From Bacillota bacterium (GTDB taxonomy: Bacteria; Sysuimicrobiota; Sysuimicrobiia; Sysuimicrobiales; Segetimicrobiaceae), in assembly GCA_021324255.1 (NCBI GenBank), contig JAJPJL010000128.1, forward strand, positions 26,422 to 90,421: DNA of 64,000 nt, read 5' to 3'. This document shows, one piece after another, positions 54,854 through 64,000 of the stretch; position 1 is the stretch's first letter; every line of letters begins with the position of its first letter. Position numbers and translations under genes: made by a program. The notes beneath the pieces are model-generated. The model saw only the letters and a list, made by a program, of their open reading frames with translations. It was not told where the DNA came from and did not search any database.

Positions 54854-55194
54854 GTATCGCCCAGGGAGAGATCTGGTGGGCTGATTTGCCGGCGCCCACG
54901 GGCTCCAGGCCGGGGTTTCGGCGTCCGGTCGCCATTGTGCAAGGCGACGCCTTTAACCGCAGCCGGATCGCGACCGTCATCTGCGTCCCGTTGACCAGCA
55001 ACGTGAAGTGGGCCGACGCGCCGGGGAATGTTCTTCTGCCTCCGCCTCTGACCGGGCTTCCCAAGCCCTCCGTCGCGAACGTATCCCAAATTGTTACGTT
55101 GAACAAGAGCGACCTCACCGAACGGACCGGAAAACTTCCGGCGCGGCAACTCGCGTCGATTCTCTCGGGGATCGACATCGTGCTCGGACGATAA
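54850..55194 (+). CDS. MazF/PemK/Kid-family endoribonuclease toxin
   Basis: The protein reads GEIWWADLPAPTGSRPGFRRPVAIVQGDAFNRSRIATVICVPLTSN (GxIxxxDF...RPxVIVQ...xxVxPLTS), the hallmark of PemK/MazF. Confidence 0.8.
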   Translation: MSIAQGEIWWADLPAPTGSRPGFRRPVAIVQGDAFNRSRIATVICVPLTSNVKWADAPGNVLLPPPLTGLPKPSVANVSQIVTLNKSDLTERTGKLPARQLASILSGIDIVLGR

Positions 55195-55442
55195 GGGTCC
55201 GCCGGGCCGCTCCCGCCGGCACCGGCATCCGCACGTCGGCAGCCCGGTCGCCGGATAGCGCCGATGCTCTCGCCCTTGCAGTAGGGACCGTGCGACGAGA
55301 GTGCGCATCTGGGGTGGTGCCAGGGCCCTGGTCGGGGAACCTGGCATGTGGCGGCCCAGGGAACCGAGGCCGTCGTGGATATGGTAGCTTCCCGAGCGCT
55401 GTGTACACGTCGTGCCGGCACAGGGAGTGCCGCCGGGCGACA

Positions 55443-56313
55443 TCAGAGAGCACTCCGGCCGATCACCCGCGCGGTCACATACCGCGCCGCCCACGTGGGG
55501 GCCAGGAGAAACCCGAGCGTAAGGTACTGGATCATCCGCGCGAGGTGCCGCTCGAATCGAGCGCGACGGGCCTCGTTGATGCACACCGCGGCCTTGGCTT
55601 CCGCGTCCGCCCAGGGAATCGCGCGAATGTGCCGTGCAAGGGCCTTCCACATCGCGGCCCGGATCGCCTCGGGGGAATGCCGGTGCGTCAGCGTTTGCTC
55701 GTGGTGGCGGTAACAGTAGAGATCTTCGTGAAGGGCGGCCATGCGGAAGCGAAGCGAGACCCGAAGCCAGTAATCGTAGTCTTCAGCCAAGGGAATGTCT
55801 TCGGCGTAGGATCCCACGGTCTCGTAGACCCGTCGCCTGTAAAGAAAGCATGCGCCCACGACGTTGGTGTAGAGGAGCCGTTCAGGCGGCTCCACGATGT
55901 AAGCATGGGTCGGTCTCCCCGCGCTGTCGATCCACTGGTTGTCCGTGTACACGAATGCGACGTCCGGATGTCCGTAGAGAAACGCGAGCATGCGCTCTAG
56001 CGCGGCCGGGCGGTAGTAATTGTCGTCCGAGGTCCACGTGAGAAACTCCCCGCGGGCCAGGGCAAACCCGGTATTGAGCGCGGCCGACAGGCCCAGGCTA
56101 GCGGCATGGCCGCGTCACGCGGACGCGCCCGCCAGCGTACCGAGCAAGTATGCCCGGCGTCTCGTCGGTGGAACCGTCGTCGACGACGATGAGCTCCCAG
56201 TTGTCGTGGGTCTGCGCGGCGCAGCTGTCGATGGACCGCTCAATGTACCGCGCCCCGTTGCGCGTGGGGAGCACGATGGACACGAGATCCGCACCCGCGG
56301 GCGCCTGGCCCAT
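55443..56313 (-). pseudogene. family 2 glycosyltransferase split by frameshift near 56098-56120
   Basis: The N-terminal frame reads MGQAPAGADLVSIVLPTRNGARYIERSIDSCAAQTHDNWELIVVDDGSTDETPGILARYAGGRVRV and then runs into a TAG. The +1 frame continues GLSAALNTGFALARGEFLTWTSDDNYYRPAALERMLAFLYGHPDVAFVYTDNQW.... Local GC is lower. Confidence 0.65.
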
Positions 56314-56329
56314 ACTGAATTGTTCCCCG

Positions 56330-56647
56330 GTGGACAAGAACCGCTTCAAGGCGAAGAACGTTGGGAGGAGGAGTGATTGGGGCGGCGGCCGGAGCGTTCG
56401 CCAGTTCGGCTTGGAACTCGAACCACATCCGCAACGCCACCAGGCGACGGTTAATGGTCGCACGGGCACGGCCCAGCGTCTGCTGCCATACGATGAACTG
56501 ATCGATGTCCGTCCGCTGCACGTCCGCTGGCGACCGCCGCCACCAGTGCAGAAAGGGACGGACATCACTACTGTAGTGTGCAACGGTTGAGGTCCCAGGG
56601 AAGCGACGACTGAGATCAGCGGTGAACTCACCGACAAGATCGACCAC
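56330..56647 (-). mobile_element. tyrosine recombinase (phage integrase) N-terminal core-binding-domain remnant
   Basis: The protein reads FTADLSRRFPGTSTVAHYSSDVRPFLHWWRRSPADVQRTDIDQFIVWQQTLGRARATINRRLVALRMWFEFQAE, which is SAM-like N-domain only. The catalytic domain is absent, and the downstream frame runs into the broken GT2. Confidence 0.45.
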
Positions 56648-56779
56648 TGCGACAACACCTCCAGGTGTGGACTCTCGCCCACTCTACACCAGAGGTGCTG
56701 GACCTTAATGTAACTACCCGTTCTGACCCGGCGTTGACATGGACCCCGATCATCGGCGCCGGCCTCAGTCATCCCACGC

Positions 56780-57412
56780 TTACGCGGGAACAATGGCCAC
56801 GTGAAACAGTCGAATCGCGTCAGCGAGTAGTCTCCGATGACCAACCAGCGGTCCCCGGCCAACTGTCGCGATCTTCGGCTTGGCACGCTCATGAAGTCCC
56901 ATCGAGACCACACCGTTTCCGGCTCGTGAGTTCCAGACGATGCCATCCGGCGCGCTTGGATGGAGAAAAATCGGGCGCGACCATTGCTTCGATACGGCGT
57001 GCGGCGCGGTGAGTAGCCATGGACCGGCCCCGATCCGTGCAAGGCCGTCCGGTGTTCGGAGATCAACACACGTGATTGATTGGCCGAAGGTGATCTCGGC
57101 GAGTGAGAAGGTTTGAAGCGCCGTCGCGGAGATGGGCACGCTCGGGCCGGCAGCTCTGCCACCGCCACCAAGCACGCCCGGCGCTAGCAGCAGGCGCTCA
57201 GCAAAAGCACCGACGTCACTCCCAGAAGCGTTGAGCACCCCGTATTGCTGCTCAGGATCGTTGAAACGACCGTCCTGCTTGTTGAAGTGCTCGGCCTCGT
57301 AAGCACCTGGATAGACCCGCCAAGCCGGTCCTTCCATTCTCGTCAGCGGAAGCGTCCGCGCTGCAAGATCCCCTGGTGGCGTCGCGTCGGTCGGCGCGCT
57401 AGCCGAGACCAT
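56780..57412 (-). CDS. RES-domain toxin (ParT/MbcT-like)
   Basis: The protein reads AWRVYPGAYEAEHFNKQDGRFNDPEQQYGVLNASGSDVGAFAE, carrying the R...E...S signature of the RES domain. It overlaps the end of the upstream antitoxin. The start choice (57412 or 57337) is uncertain. Confidence 0.6.
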   Translation of the reverse strand: MVSASAPTDATPPGDLAARTLPLTRMEGPAWRVYPGAYEAEHFNKQDGRFNDPEQQYGVLNASGSDVGAFAERLLLAPGVLGGGGRAAGPSVPISATALQTFSLAEITFGQSITCVDLRTPDGLARIGAGPWLLTAPHAVSKQWSRPIFLHPSAPDGIVWNSRAGNGVVSMGLHERAKPKIATVGRGPLVGHRRLLADAIRLFHVAIVPA

Positions 57413-58097
57413 ATCGCGCGTAGGTCCGAGCGAGGCCCAGAGTCTGCTCCGTCCGGCCACTGCGTAACGCGTTCAACGGAGTTTCGCCCCCAAGATCCGG
57501 GTGCGGGCTGAGCAAGAAAAAGACCTGTTGCCAGGGGTCGTGGGGAGACAAGGCCTCCACTACCGCTGGCACCCAAGACCAGATACCGGTGGGGCCGAGT
57601 TGCCAGGCCGGGTAACGATATCCGTGTCGACCCACCGGTAAGCCGATGAGTCGACGGTTGCGGCGACGCAGATCAACGGCCTGCCGAGTCAGGTGGAGGC
57701 GGCGAGCCATTTGTTCAACGCTCAGCGTGCCCCCTTCCGCATCCAACATCCGTTGCCTTGCCTCCAGGCCGCGTAACTGAGCCTGGGTGATAACGTCGTC
57801 GTCGCTCGCCTTGCCCTCCTCAGGCATCAGGGCTTCTAGCGTGGTAAGCACGGCTGAGACATCTGAGTCTGCGCTGGCCGCCTGGGTCAACGTGGCGGGG
57901 GTTGCGCGGCCGACCGCGGTGCCGGCAGCACGAAGGAAGCGTGCCAGAATAGCTCGGCGAAGCGGTTCCTTGGACTGCTCGACAAGAGTAGCAACCGAAG
58001 TGTACAGGGGGTCGGACGTCGCGAGCACTGGGAGAGCCGCTTGTGCCGCCCGTTCACGCACCCTTGTCCGGTTCGATATTGCCTTTCGGCGAGACAT
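57399..58097 (-). CDS. Xre-like antitoxin with DUF2384 toxin-binding domain (ParS/MbcA-like)
   Basis: The HTH reads LSVEQMARRLHLTRQAVDLRRRNRRLIGLPVGRHGYRYPAWQL. The C-terminus GGETPLNALRSGRTEQTLGLARTYARYG matches the DUF2384 end. Confidence 0.6.
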   Translation of the reverse strand: MSRRKAISNRTRVRERAAQAALPVLATSDPLYTSVATLVEQSKEPLRRAILARFLRAAGTAVGRATPATLTQAASADSDVSAVLTTLEALMPEEGKASDDDVITQAQLRGLEARQRMLDAEGGTLSVEQMARRLHLTRQAVDLRRRNRRLIGLPVGRHGYRYPAWQLGPTGIWSWVPAVVEALSPHDPWQQVFFLLSPHPDLGGETPLNALRSGRTEQTLGLARTYARYGLG

Positions 58098-58496
58098 AAG
58101 ACCGCCTCACTGTTTGGCGACTTGACAATCTATATTGTACGGTGGATCTAAATACATGGTCAATAGCATGCCAGCATTCCTCCCTGTCCCTTGATGGTTT
58201 GGCTGGTTTGCCGGGTCTGGTCCCGGGCCGGCCACGTCCGTGCAGTGCGGCATGGTGCAGGCGGACGTGCTGCGAGATAGATGGTCCCGCGTCCGGTTCT
58301 TGAGGACCTTCTACCGCATCGGAGAAGCCGGGGCCCGCTCCTTTCATTACCAGTAACGCACGTCCGAGTTGCATAAGCCTCGTTGGCCCCGTATGGGGAG
58401 GAGTACGGGCCTCAAACCGGAAACTCCGCGGTCAAGGATTGGCGCGTCGCCGCGTCACAGCGACAGGCATCAACGTCAAACACGAAGGAGCATGTA

Positions 58497-60095
58497 ATGA
58501 CGCGAAGACTTACGCGTCGCCGGTTCGTGTCGTCCGTCCTGCTCGGAGCCGCCGCCTCAATCGCACCGCGCGCCTGGGCTGCGGCACCGCCGGCCAAACC
58601 GCGCGGCACGTTGATTTGCGGCTGGGAAGCCGAGCCGGGAGCCTTCGACAATGATATCGACCGCGGAGCGGTAACCCGCACCTTGCTGCACAACATTTAC
58701 GACCGACTGGTCGATCGTGACATGACGGTGCCAGCGAGACAACCGCTCGTCGGCAACCTCGCTACCGCGTGGCAGGTCTCGCCCGACGCGCGCACCTATA
58801 CGTTCAAACTGCGCCGGGGCGTCAAATTCCACGATGGGACGCCGTTCGACGCCGAGGCCGTCAAGTTCAACATCGACCGCGACTCCGACCCCGGCCACAA
58901 ATTCTACACGAAGGCTGGCGCCGGGAGCCTAAAGCTAGGGTACGGCAATCTCGCGAGCGTGGACGTCCTCGACCAGTACACCATCCGGATCGTCCACAAG
59001 GAACCGTTCGCGGATTTTCTTGAGGTCCTGGCGTTCGGGACATACTCGATCGCAAGTCCAGCAGCGATTCAAAAGTATGGCAACGATGATTACCCCAACC
59101 ATCCAGTGGGCACGGGGCCGTTCAGGTACGTCAGCCGCGAGAAGGGCGTCAAGGTCGCCTTCGAGCGCAACCCGGATTACTGGGCCGGGGCTCCCGCGCT
59201 CGACGGCTTTATCGTCCGGCCACTGCCGGAGGCGGTGACCCGTGTCACGGCGCTCCAGACCGGCGAAGTAGACTGGATCAACGCGGTGAACCCGGACAGC
59301 ATGGACGCCGTGAAGTCCAACCCCAATCTCGTGCTCGCGCTCGCGCAGCTGCCGAACACCTGGGGGTACATCCCCAACCACAAATACCCACCGACGACCA
59401 AACTCGCGCTCCGCCAAGCGCTGAGCTGGGCGATCGATCGTGAGACGCTGGCACGGGATGTGATGAAGGGGCTCGCGATCCCGGCGAGGGGCACCCACGC
59501 TCCCGGCACACCCGGCTACGATCCGGCCATCCAGGGCTACGGGTACAATCCCGCCAAGGCGAAGCAACTGCTCTCAACCGCCGGGTTTCCAACCGGTCTC
59601 CCGCTCGAGGTTTGGATCCCGGCTGGCGGCGCGGGCTCGCCGTTTGGCATTCAGATGAACGAGTTCATCCAACAGAACTTCAAGGACATCGGCGTCAACG
59701 CGACCTTCCAGCAACAAGAGTTTCAGACCTTCCAAAACAACATGGCCAACGGCATTCAGAAGGACGTGAACGCGATCCAAGTCGGCTTCAGCGTGGACGA
59801 GTTCGTCAACCTGCAGCGGATGTTTCGAACAGATCTCCAGCCGCCCAATGGGAACACCAATCCCGGATGGTACGGCAATCCCCAGGTCGATGCGCTGCTG
59901 CACCGGGCGCTCGGAACCACGAACGATGCGCAGCGCCGGCAGCTCTACTTCCAGGTCGAGCAGAAAGCGGTCGACGACGCGGCGTGGATCTTCGTGGTGC
60001 ATCAGAAGGCGGCCCGCGCCTGGAACAAGAACGTCCGGGGGTTCGTCAATCCCGCGTCCTACATGTTCACGTTCCGGACCGTGTCGATGAGCTGA
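58497..60095 (+). CDS. ABC transporter substrate-binding protein, family 5 (peptide/nickel), Tat-type signal
   Basis: The ATG at 58497 follows GAAGGAGC. The signal reads MTRRLTRRRFVSSVLLGAAASIAPRAWA (RRxFV). The SBP_bac_5 motifs VKFHDGTPFDA and NPDYWAGAP are present. Confidence 0.8.
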   Translation: MTRRLTRRRFVSSVLLGAAASIAPRAWAAAPPAKPRGTLICGWEAEPGAFDNDIDRGAVTRTLLHNIYDRLVDRDMTVPARQPLVGNLATAWQVSPDARTYTFKLRRGVKFHDGTPFDAEAVKFNIDRDSDPGHKFYTKAGAGSLKLGYGNLASVDVLDQYTIRIVHKEPFADFLEVLAFGTYSIASPAAIQKYGNDDYPNHPVGTGPFRYVSREKGVKVAFERNPDYWAGAPALDGFIVRPLPEAVTRVTALQTGEVDWINAVNPDSMDAVKSNPNLVLALAQLPNTWGYIPNHKYPPTTKLALRQALSWAIDRETLARDVMKGLAIPARGTHAPGTPGYDPAIQGYGYNPAKAKQLLSTAGFPTGLPLEVWIPAGGAGSPFGIQMNEFIQQNFKDIGVNATFQQQEFQTFQNNMANGIQKDVNAIQVGFSVDEFVNLQRMFRTDLQPPNGNTNPGWYGNPQVDALLHRALGTTNDAQRRQLYFQVEQKAVDDAAWIFVVHQKAARAWNKNVRGFVNPASYMFTFRTVSMS

Positions 60096-60096
60096 G

Positions 60097-61050
60097 ATGC
60101 TCCGCTTCGTGGTTGGTCGCGTGCTGGCGACGGTGCCGGTCTTGCTCGGCGTGTCGGTGGTTGTGTTCCTGACGATGAAGCTCATCCCCGGTGACGCGGC
60201 CCAGGTGCTGGCCGGCCCCCAGGCAACGCGAGAACAGGTCGCGTTGATCAGAGAGAGCCTCGGCCTCAACCGGCCACTGTATGTGCAGTACGCCACGTGG
60301 CTGGGAAACGCCGTCCGGGGCAATCTCGGACGGTCGATTGAGCTGGAGGCTCCGGTCACCGCGATGGTGCTCGACCGGCTCAAGAACACGCTGGTACTCG
60401 CCATCGGAAGCGCCGTGTTCGCGATCGCGATCGGTGTACCGATCGGCATCCTGTCCGCCACGCGCCGAGCGTCGCTGCTCGACCGCGCGTCCGTCGTCCT
60501 CGCGCTGTTCGGGAATAGCATGCCGAGCTTCTGGCTCGGTCTCGTGCTGATCCTGGTGCTGTCGCTCCACCTCCGGCTCTTCCCGTCGCAGGGGATGTAC
60601 TCATTGCGAGGTTCTGCCGGACTCGGCGATCTCGTGTGGCATCTGACCCTGCCCGCGCTCACCCTGTCCGGCGTGCCGGCCGCCGTGCTCGCGCGCGTGA
60701 CGCGGTCGAGCCTCCTGGAGACCCTGCACGACGATTACGTCCGCACCGCACGCGCGAAGGGCATCGCCGAGACACGTGTCGTCGTGCGGCATGCACTCGG
60801 GAATGCCCTCCTGCCCGTGGTCACGCTCGTCGGAATTCAGACCGGGTACCTGCTTGGCGGATCGATCCTGGTCGAGACCGTGTTCTCGTGGCCGGGTCTC
60901 GGCCTGCAGCTCTACGACGCCATTGGAGCCCGCGATCTCCCGCTCGTGCAAGGCGGCGTCCTGCTCGTTGCGAGCCTGTTTGTCTGCATCAACTTGGCGG
61001 TGGACATGCTCTACGCGCACCTGGATCCTCGCATTCGTTATGCGGCCTAG
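60097..61050 (+). CDS. peptide/nickel ABC transporter permease (DppB-like)
   Basis: It opens MLRFVVGRVLATVPVLLGVSVVVFLTMKLIPGD. The EAA loop reads DYVRTARAKGIAETRVVVRHALGNALLPVVT. It ends DPRIRY. Confidence 0.85.
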   Translation: MLRFVVGRVLATVPVLLGVSVVVFLTMKLIPGDAAQVLAGPQATREQVALIRESLGLNRPLYVQYATWLGNAVRGNLGRSIELEAPVTAMVLDRLKNTLVLAIGSAVFAIAIGVPIGILSATRRASLLDRASVVLALFGNSMPSFWLGLVLILVLSLHLRLFPSQGMYSLRGSAGLGDLVWHLTLPALTLSGVPAAVLARVTRSSLLETLHDDYVRTARAKGIAETRVVVRHALGNALLPVVTLVGIQTGYLLGGSILVETVFSWPGLGLQLYDAIGARDLPLVQGGVLLVASLFVCINLAVDMLYAHLDPRIRYAA

Positions 61051-61060
61051 TGGCGGAGGC

Positions 61061-61978
61061 ATGACCGTAGCCGTAGCGTCGCGAGCCTCCGGTGCGGCAC
61101 GGCGCCGGCTGGTAACGCGACGCCGGTCAGCGTGGGATCGGCTGCGTCGAGACCCGCTGCTGCTCGGTGCATGCGCACTGTTGTCGGCGGTCGTCGGCGC
61201 GGCGGCGCTGGCACCGCTCATCGCCTCGATCGATCCGACTCGGGTGGACCCGAGGCTCCGGCTCGCACCGCTCGGCACCGCGGGCCACGTGCTCGGCACC
61301 GATCAACTTGGGCGCGACATGCTCAGTCGCACGTTGTGGGGAGGACGCGTCTCGTTAGTGGTCGGCATCGTACCGGTCGCCTGCTCGGCGTTGGTCGGCA
61401 CGGGCGTCGGGTTGGTCGCGGGCTACTACGGCGGCGCGCTCGACCACGTCGTCACGCGCACACTCGACGTGCTATTCGCGTTCCCCGCCGTCCTCCTGGC
61501 ACTCGCGATTGTGTCGGCACTGGGGCCTTCGATTTTTAATGCCATGCTCGCCATCACGATCGTGGCGATCCCGTCGTTCGCCCGGCTTGTACGGTCTCTG
61601 GTCTTGGGCCTTCGGCAGCGGGCTTTCGTCGAGGCGGCGCGATCAATCGGGGCCGGCACGCGGCGGATCCTGATCCGACACGTTCTGCCCAACACGGTGT
61701 CCCACGTGATTGTCTACGGCACCTTTGAGACGGGGAAGACGATCGTGTTCGCGGCGGCGTTGAGCTTCCTCGGCCTGGGCGTGCAGCCGCCCACGCCCGA
61801 ATGGGGCGCCATGCTGAGCGAGGGGCGGACGGTGCTCGCAACGGCATGGCATGTCGCTACGATCCCGGGGCTCGCGATCTTTCTGGTAAGCTTGAGCCTG
61901 AACGTGCTCGGGGACGGCGTACGGGACGCGCTTGATCCGCGCCAGACGGCAGGCGCCTCGCAATCAGACGCCGCATGA
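61061..61978 (+). CDS. peptide/nickel ABC transporter permease (DppC-like)
   Basis: The N-terminus reads RRDPLLLGACALLSAVVGAAALAPLIA. The EAA loop reads EAARSIGAGTRRILIRHVLPNTVSHV. An alternative ATG at 61040 overlaps the upstream gene. Confidence 0.75.
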   Translation: MTVAVASRASGAARRRLVTRRRSAWDRLRRDPLLLGACALLSAVVGAAALAPLIASIDPTRVDPRLRLAPLGTAGHVLGTDQLGRDMLSRTLWGGRVSLVVGIVPVACSALVGTGVGLVAGYYGGALDHVVTRTLDVLFAFPAVLLALAIVSALGPSIFNAMLAITIVAIPSFARLVRSLVLGLRQRAFVEAARSIGAGTRRILIRHVLPNTVSHVIVYGTFETGKTIVFAAALSFLGLGVQPPTPEWGAMLSEGRTVLATAWHVATIPGLAIFLVSLSLNVLGDGVRDALDPRQTAGASQSDAA

Positions 61979-61982
61979 ACGC

Positions 61983-62882
61983 TCAATCTCCGCGGGCGAA
62001 CCGTGGGTCGAGCAGTTCCCGGAGCGCGTCCCCGAGGAAGTTGAAAGCCGTCGCGCTGAGCATGATCGCAAGGCCGGGGACGGTGACCAGCCAGGGCTGC
62101 TGGATCAGGTAGTCTCGGCCGGTCGCGATCATGTTTCCCCAGGATGGGAGCGGCGGCGGCACCCCGAAGCCCAGGAAGCTCAGAAACGCCTCCGCGATCA
62201 TCAGACGTGCTACCTCGAGGCTCCCGATGACGATGAGCGAGCTGCTGATGTTCGGAAGGAGATGTCGCCGCAGCATCACCACGGTGCGCAGCCCCATGGC
62301 CCGCGCCGCGGTCATGAACTCGCGGTGCCGCATGGACGCAGTCTCGGCGCGCGCAATCCGTGTGTAGGTCGGCCACGTACCGAGCGCCAGGATCACGATG
62401 AGGTTGATCACGCCTGCACCGAGCACAGCGGCGATCAGCAGCGCGGTCAGGATGAATGGGAACGATAGCATGAAGTCGGCCAGCGCGATAATCACCAGGT
62501 CTACGAGGCCGCCAAAATATCCCGCCACGATGCCCAGGACGGTCCCCACCGTACCGGCGGCTGCGACGGCCGCCATCGAGATCGGTGGGGTGTAGCGCGC
62601 CCCGTAGATCACGCGGGCCAGCAGATCGCGACCGAGCGCATCCGCGCCGAGCGGGTGCGCCATGCTCCCGCCGTGGCTCCAGCCCGGCGGGAGCAGTCTA
62701 TCGGCGAGTTGCTGCTGGAGCGGGTCGCTCCTGGTGAACGCTCCGGGAAAGAGCGCCGCGGAGGCCAGCAGCGTGCAGATCGCGACGCCCGTGCACAGCT
62801 TCCAGATCGGCCCGCCGCGCCTGGCCCGTGGGTTCCGCGAGCGGGCCTGCGGGAGCGCGGAGGCTGTGCCGAGGATGGCCAT
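61983..62882 (-). CDS. peptide/nickel ABC transporter permease (DppC-like), convergent
   Basis: The EAA loop reads TAARAMGLRTVVMLRRHLLPNISSSL. It ends DPRFARGD. Its stop lies 4 nt from the stop of the convergent + gene. Confidence 0.8.
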   Translation of the reverse strand: MAILGTASALPQARSRNPRARRGGPIWKLCTGVAICTLLASAALFPGAFTRSDPLQQQLADRLLPPGWSHGGSMAHPLGADALGRDLLARVIYGARYTPPISMAAVAAAGTVGTVLGIVAGYFGGLVDLVIIALADFMLSFPFILTALLIAAVLGAGVINLIVILALGTWPTYTRIARAETASMRHREFMTAARAMGLRTVVMLRRHLLPNISSSLIVIGSLEVARLMIAEAFLSFLGFGVPPPLPSWGNMIATGRDYLIQQPWLVTVPGLAIMLSATAFNFLGDALRELLDPRFARGD

Positions 62883-62886
62883 GCGT

Positions 62887-63816
62887 CTACTCGGATGACG
62901 CGTAGCGCACCCGGGGGTCGGAGAGCGCGAGCGCTGTGTCCGCCAGGAGGTTACTCAGCGCAATCATCAGCGCCACCACGATGACGCCGGCCTGCACCAC
63001 GGGATAGTCGAACTGCGCCACGGAACCGACGATGAGGCTTGCGGCACCCGGCCAGCCGAAAATTGTTTCCACGACCACGACCCCGCCGAAGAAGTGGCCG
63101 CTCTGAAGGCCAAGCGCCGCAATGATCGGCGCCGACGCGTTCCGCAGTGCGTGCCGGACGTACACGCGGGTCTCGGCCAGGCCCTTGGCTCGCGCCGTCC
63201 GGATGTAGTCCTCCCGCAACACGTCGATGAAGCGCGACCGAACCAGCCGCACGAACGTCGGCAGCAGGTAGAGATCCAGCGTGGCGCACGGCATCATGAG
63301 GTGCCGCCACGTGCCCATCCCGGCAAACGGCAGCCAATGGAGGCGCACGCTGAACAGCATGATGAGTGCGATGCCGAACCAGAAGCTCGGCACCCCTTGG
63401 GCCAGCGCGGCGCCGAACAGCACGGCGTGATCGAACGGCCCGTTTCGCTTCACGGCCGCCGCGATCCCGAGTATGAAGGCCAGAAGAAGTGTCGAGAACA
63501 GCGCCGCCGCCCCGAGCTCGAGGGTCGCCGGCACCCGCGCCAACACGGCCCCGAGCGCCGGTTGGCCCCGCATGAACAGGGACTCGCCGAAGTTGCCCGC
63601 CAGCATGCCGGCGACGAAACGGATGTACCGCGCCAGGATCGGTCGGTCGAGGCCGAGCTGATGGGACAACTGGGCAATCTGGCCGGTCGTCGCGCCTTCT
63701 CCGACCATAAGATGCACCGGGTTGCCGGCGACGAAGAGCAGGAAAAACGTCGCGAGCGAGATAAGGAACGCGACGACGATCGCCTGGACGATCCGCAGCG
63801 CCAGATAGCGAACCAC
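62887..63816 (-). CDS. peptide/nickel ABC transporter permease (DppB-like)
   Basis: It opens MVRYLALRIVQAIVVAFLISLATFFLLFVAGNP. The EAA loop reads DYIRTARAKGLAETRVYVRHALRNASAPIIA. Confidence 0.8.
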   Translation of the reverse strand: MVRYLALRIVQAIVVAFLISLATFFLLFVAGNPVHLMVGEGATTGQIAQLSHQLGLDRPILARYIRFVAGMLAGNFGESLFMRGQPALGAVLARVPATLELGAAALFSTLLLAFILGIAAAVKRNGPFDHAVLFGAALAQGVPSFWFGIALIMLFSVRLHWLPFAGMGTWRHLMMPCATLDLYLLPTFVRLVRSRFIDVLREDYIRTARAKGLAETRVYVRHALRNASAPIIAALGLQSGHFFGGVVVVETIFGWPGAASLIVGSVAQFDYPVVQAGVIVVALMIALSNLLADTALALSDPRVRYASSE

Positions 63817-63860
63817 GCGATCCCCTGTCGACGCCGCTCAGCGGCAGCTGCGCCCGGCCG

Positions 63861-64000
63861 TCACTTGGTCCAGGTCGCGAGGCGGAAGCGCAGCGCGTCG
63901 TCGGGGCTGACCTCCATCTTCGCTCGGTTGCTGATGGCGAGATTCACCTGCTGGACCCACAGCGGGACCCAGTACGCTTGCTCGGCAATGCGGCGTTGGA
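63861..64000 (-). CDS. ABC substrate-binding protein, family 5 (C-terminal end only; start beyond window)
   Basis: The minus frame reads ...EQAYWVPLWVQQVNLAISNRAKMEVSPDDALRFRLATWTK*, which is typical of an SBP_bac_5 C-terminus. Confidence 0.5.
   Translation of the reverse strand, partial: QRRIAEQAYWVPLWVQQVNLAISNRAKMEVSPDDALRFRLATWTK

Noticed and set aside
1-64000. CRISPR arrays, rRNA and tRNA genes
   Set aside because: No regularly spaced direct repeats and no tRNA T-loop/acceptor pattern were found on reading. The only repeats are the low-complexity PQ linker, the two 34-bp regulatory motif copies and the paralogous peptide genes.

Overview
This is a 64 kb window of a high-GC (about 70%) bacterial chromosome with GGAGG-type ribosome-binding sites, frequent GTG starts and many 4-nt start/stop overlaps; TGA is a normal stop here. 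No rRNA, tRNA or CRISPR array was recognised. Coordinates are derived by codon arithmetic from the supplied ORF track; product calls rest on motifs I could read directly, with no database search.

Gene content, in order:
- 1-9.7 kb: a partial acyl-CoA synthetase, an atypical LuxR-type response regulator, and a secreted protease island. The island holds a membrane-anchored trypsin-like homolog with a PQ-rich linker (its catalytic Ser appears replaced), an intact secreted trypsin-like protease, an S10 carboxypeptidase-like enzyme, Gly/Pro-rich secreted proteins and a CAP-domain protein.
- 10-16 kb: a DapA-family lyase, a clan GH-A glycoside hydrolase, an amidohydrolase, a RodZ-like protein and a PPOX/F420-type protein.
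- 16.3-18.2 kb: three tandem small secreted-peptide genes (two are divergent paralogs with conserved ends and a variable core) beside an HxlR regulator and a STAS protein. The peptide genes and the HxlR gene are driven by overlapping face-to-face promoters in an AT-rich spacer.
- 18.3-25.8 kb: a minus-strand array of GT2, epimerase, DUF2029-like membrane glycosyltransferase, DUF2064, a secreted cupin, a radical SAM protein with a Cys-rich C-terminus, DoxX and a Cys-motif permease. The radical SAM, DUF2064 and GT2 genes match the orphan 'rSAM/selenodomain-associated' cassette, whose function is unknown.
- A conserved 34-bp cis-motif occurs twice, about 90-150 nt upstream of this array and of a GT-C mannosyltransferase-like gene.
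- Transporters: peptide ABC systems at 28-31.5 kb, 58.5-62 kb and 62-64 kb, all without ATPase genes in the window; two MFS transporters; an Fe3+/thiamine-type importer with embedded HAD and HD-domain genes; a sugar ABC operon with an RpiR regulator.
- Damaged genes: a fused CydDC-like ABC exporter with one in-frame TGA, a frameshifted LigD-type ligase beside a cytidine deaminase, and a truncated RpiR fragment.
- 54.5-58.4 kb: a lower-GC degraded island with a leaderless MazEF module, a RES-Xre module, an integrase remnant, a frameshifted GT2 and a truncated HAD gene.
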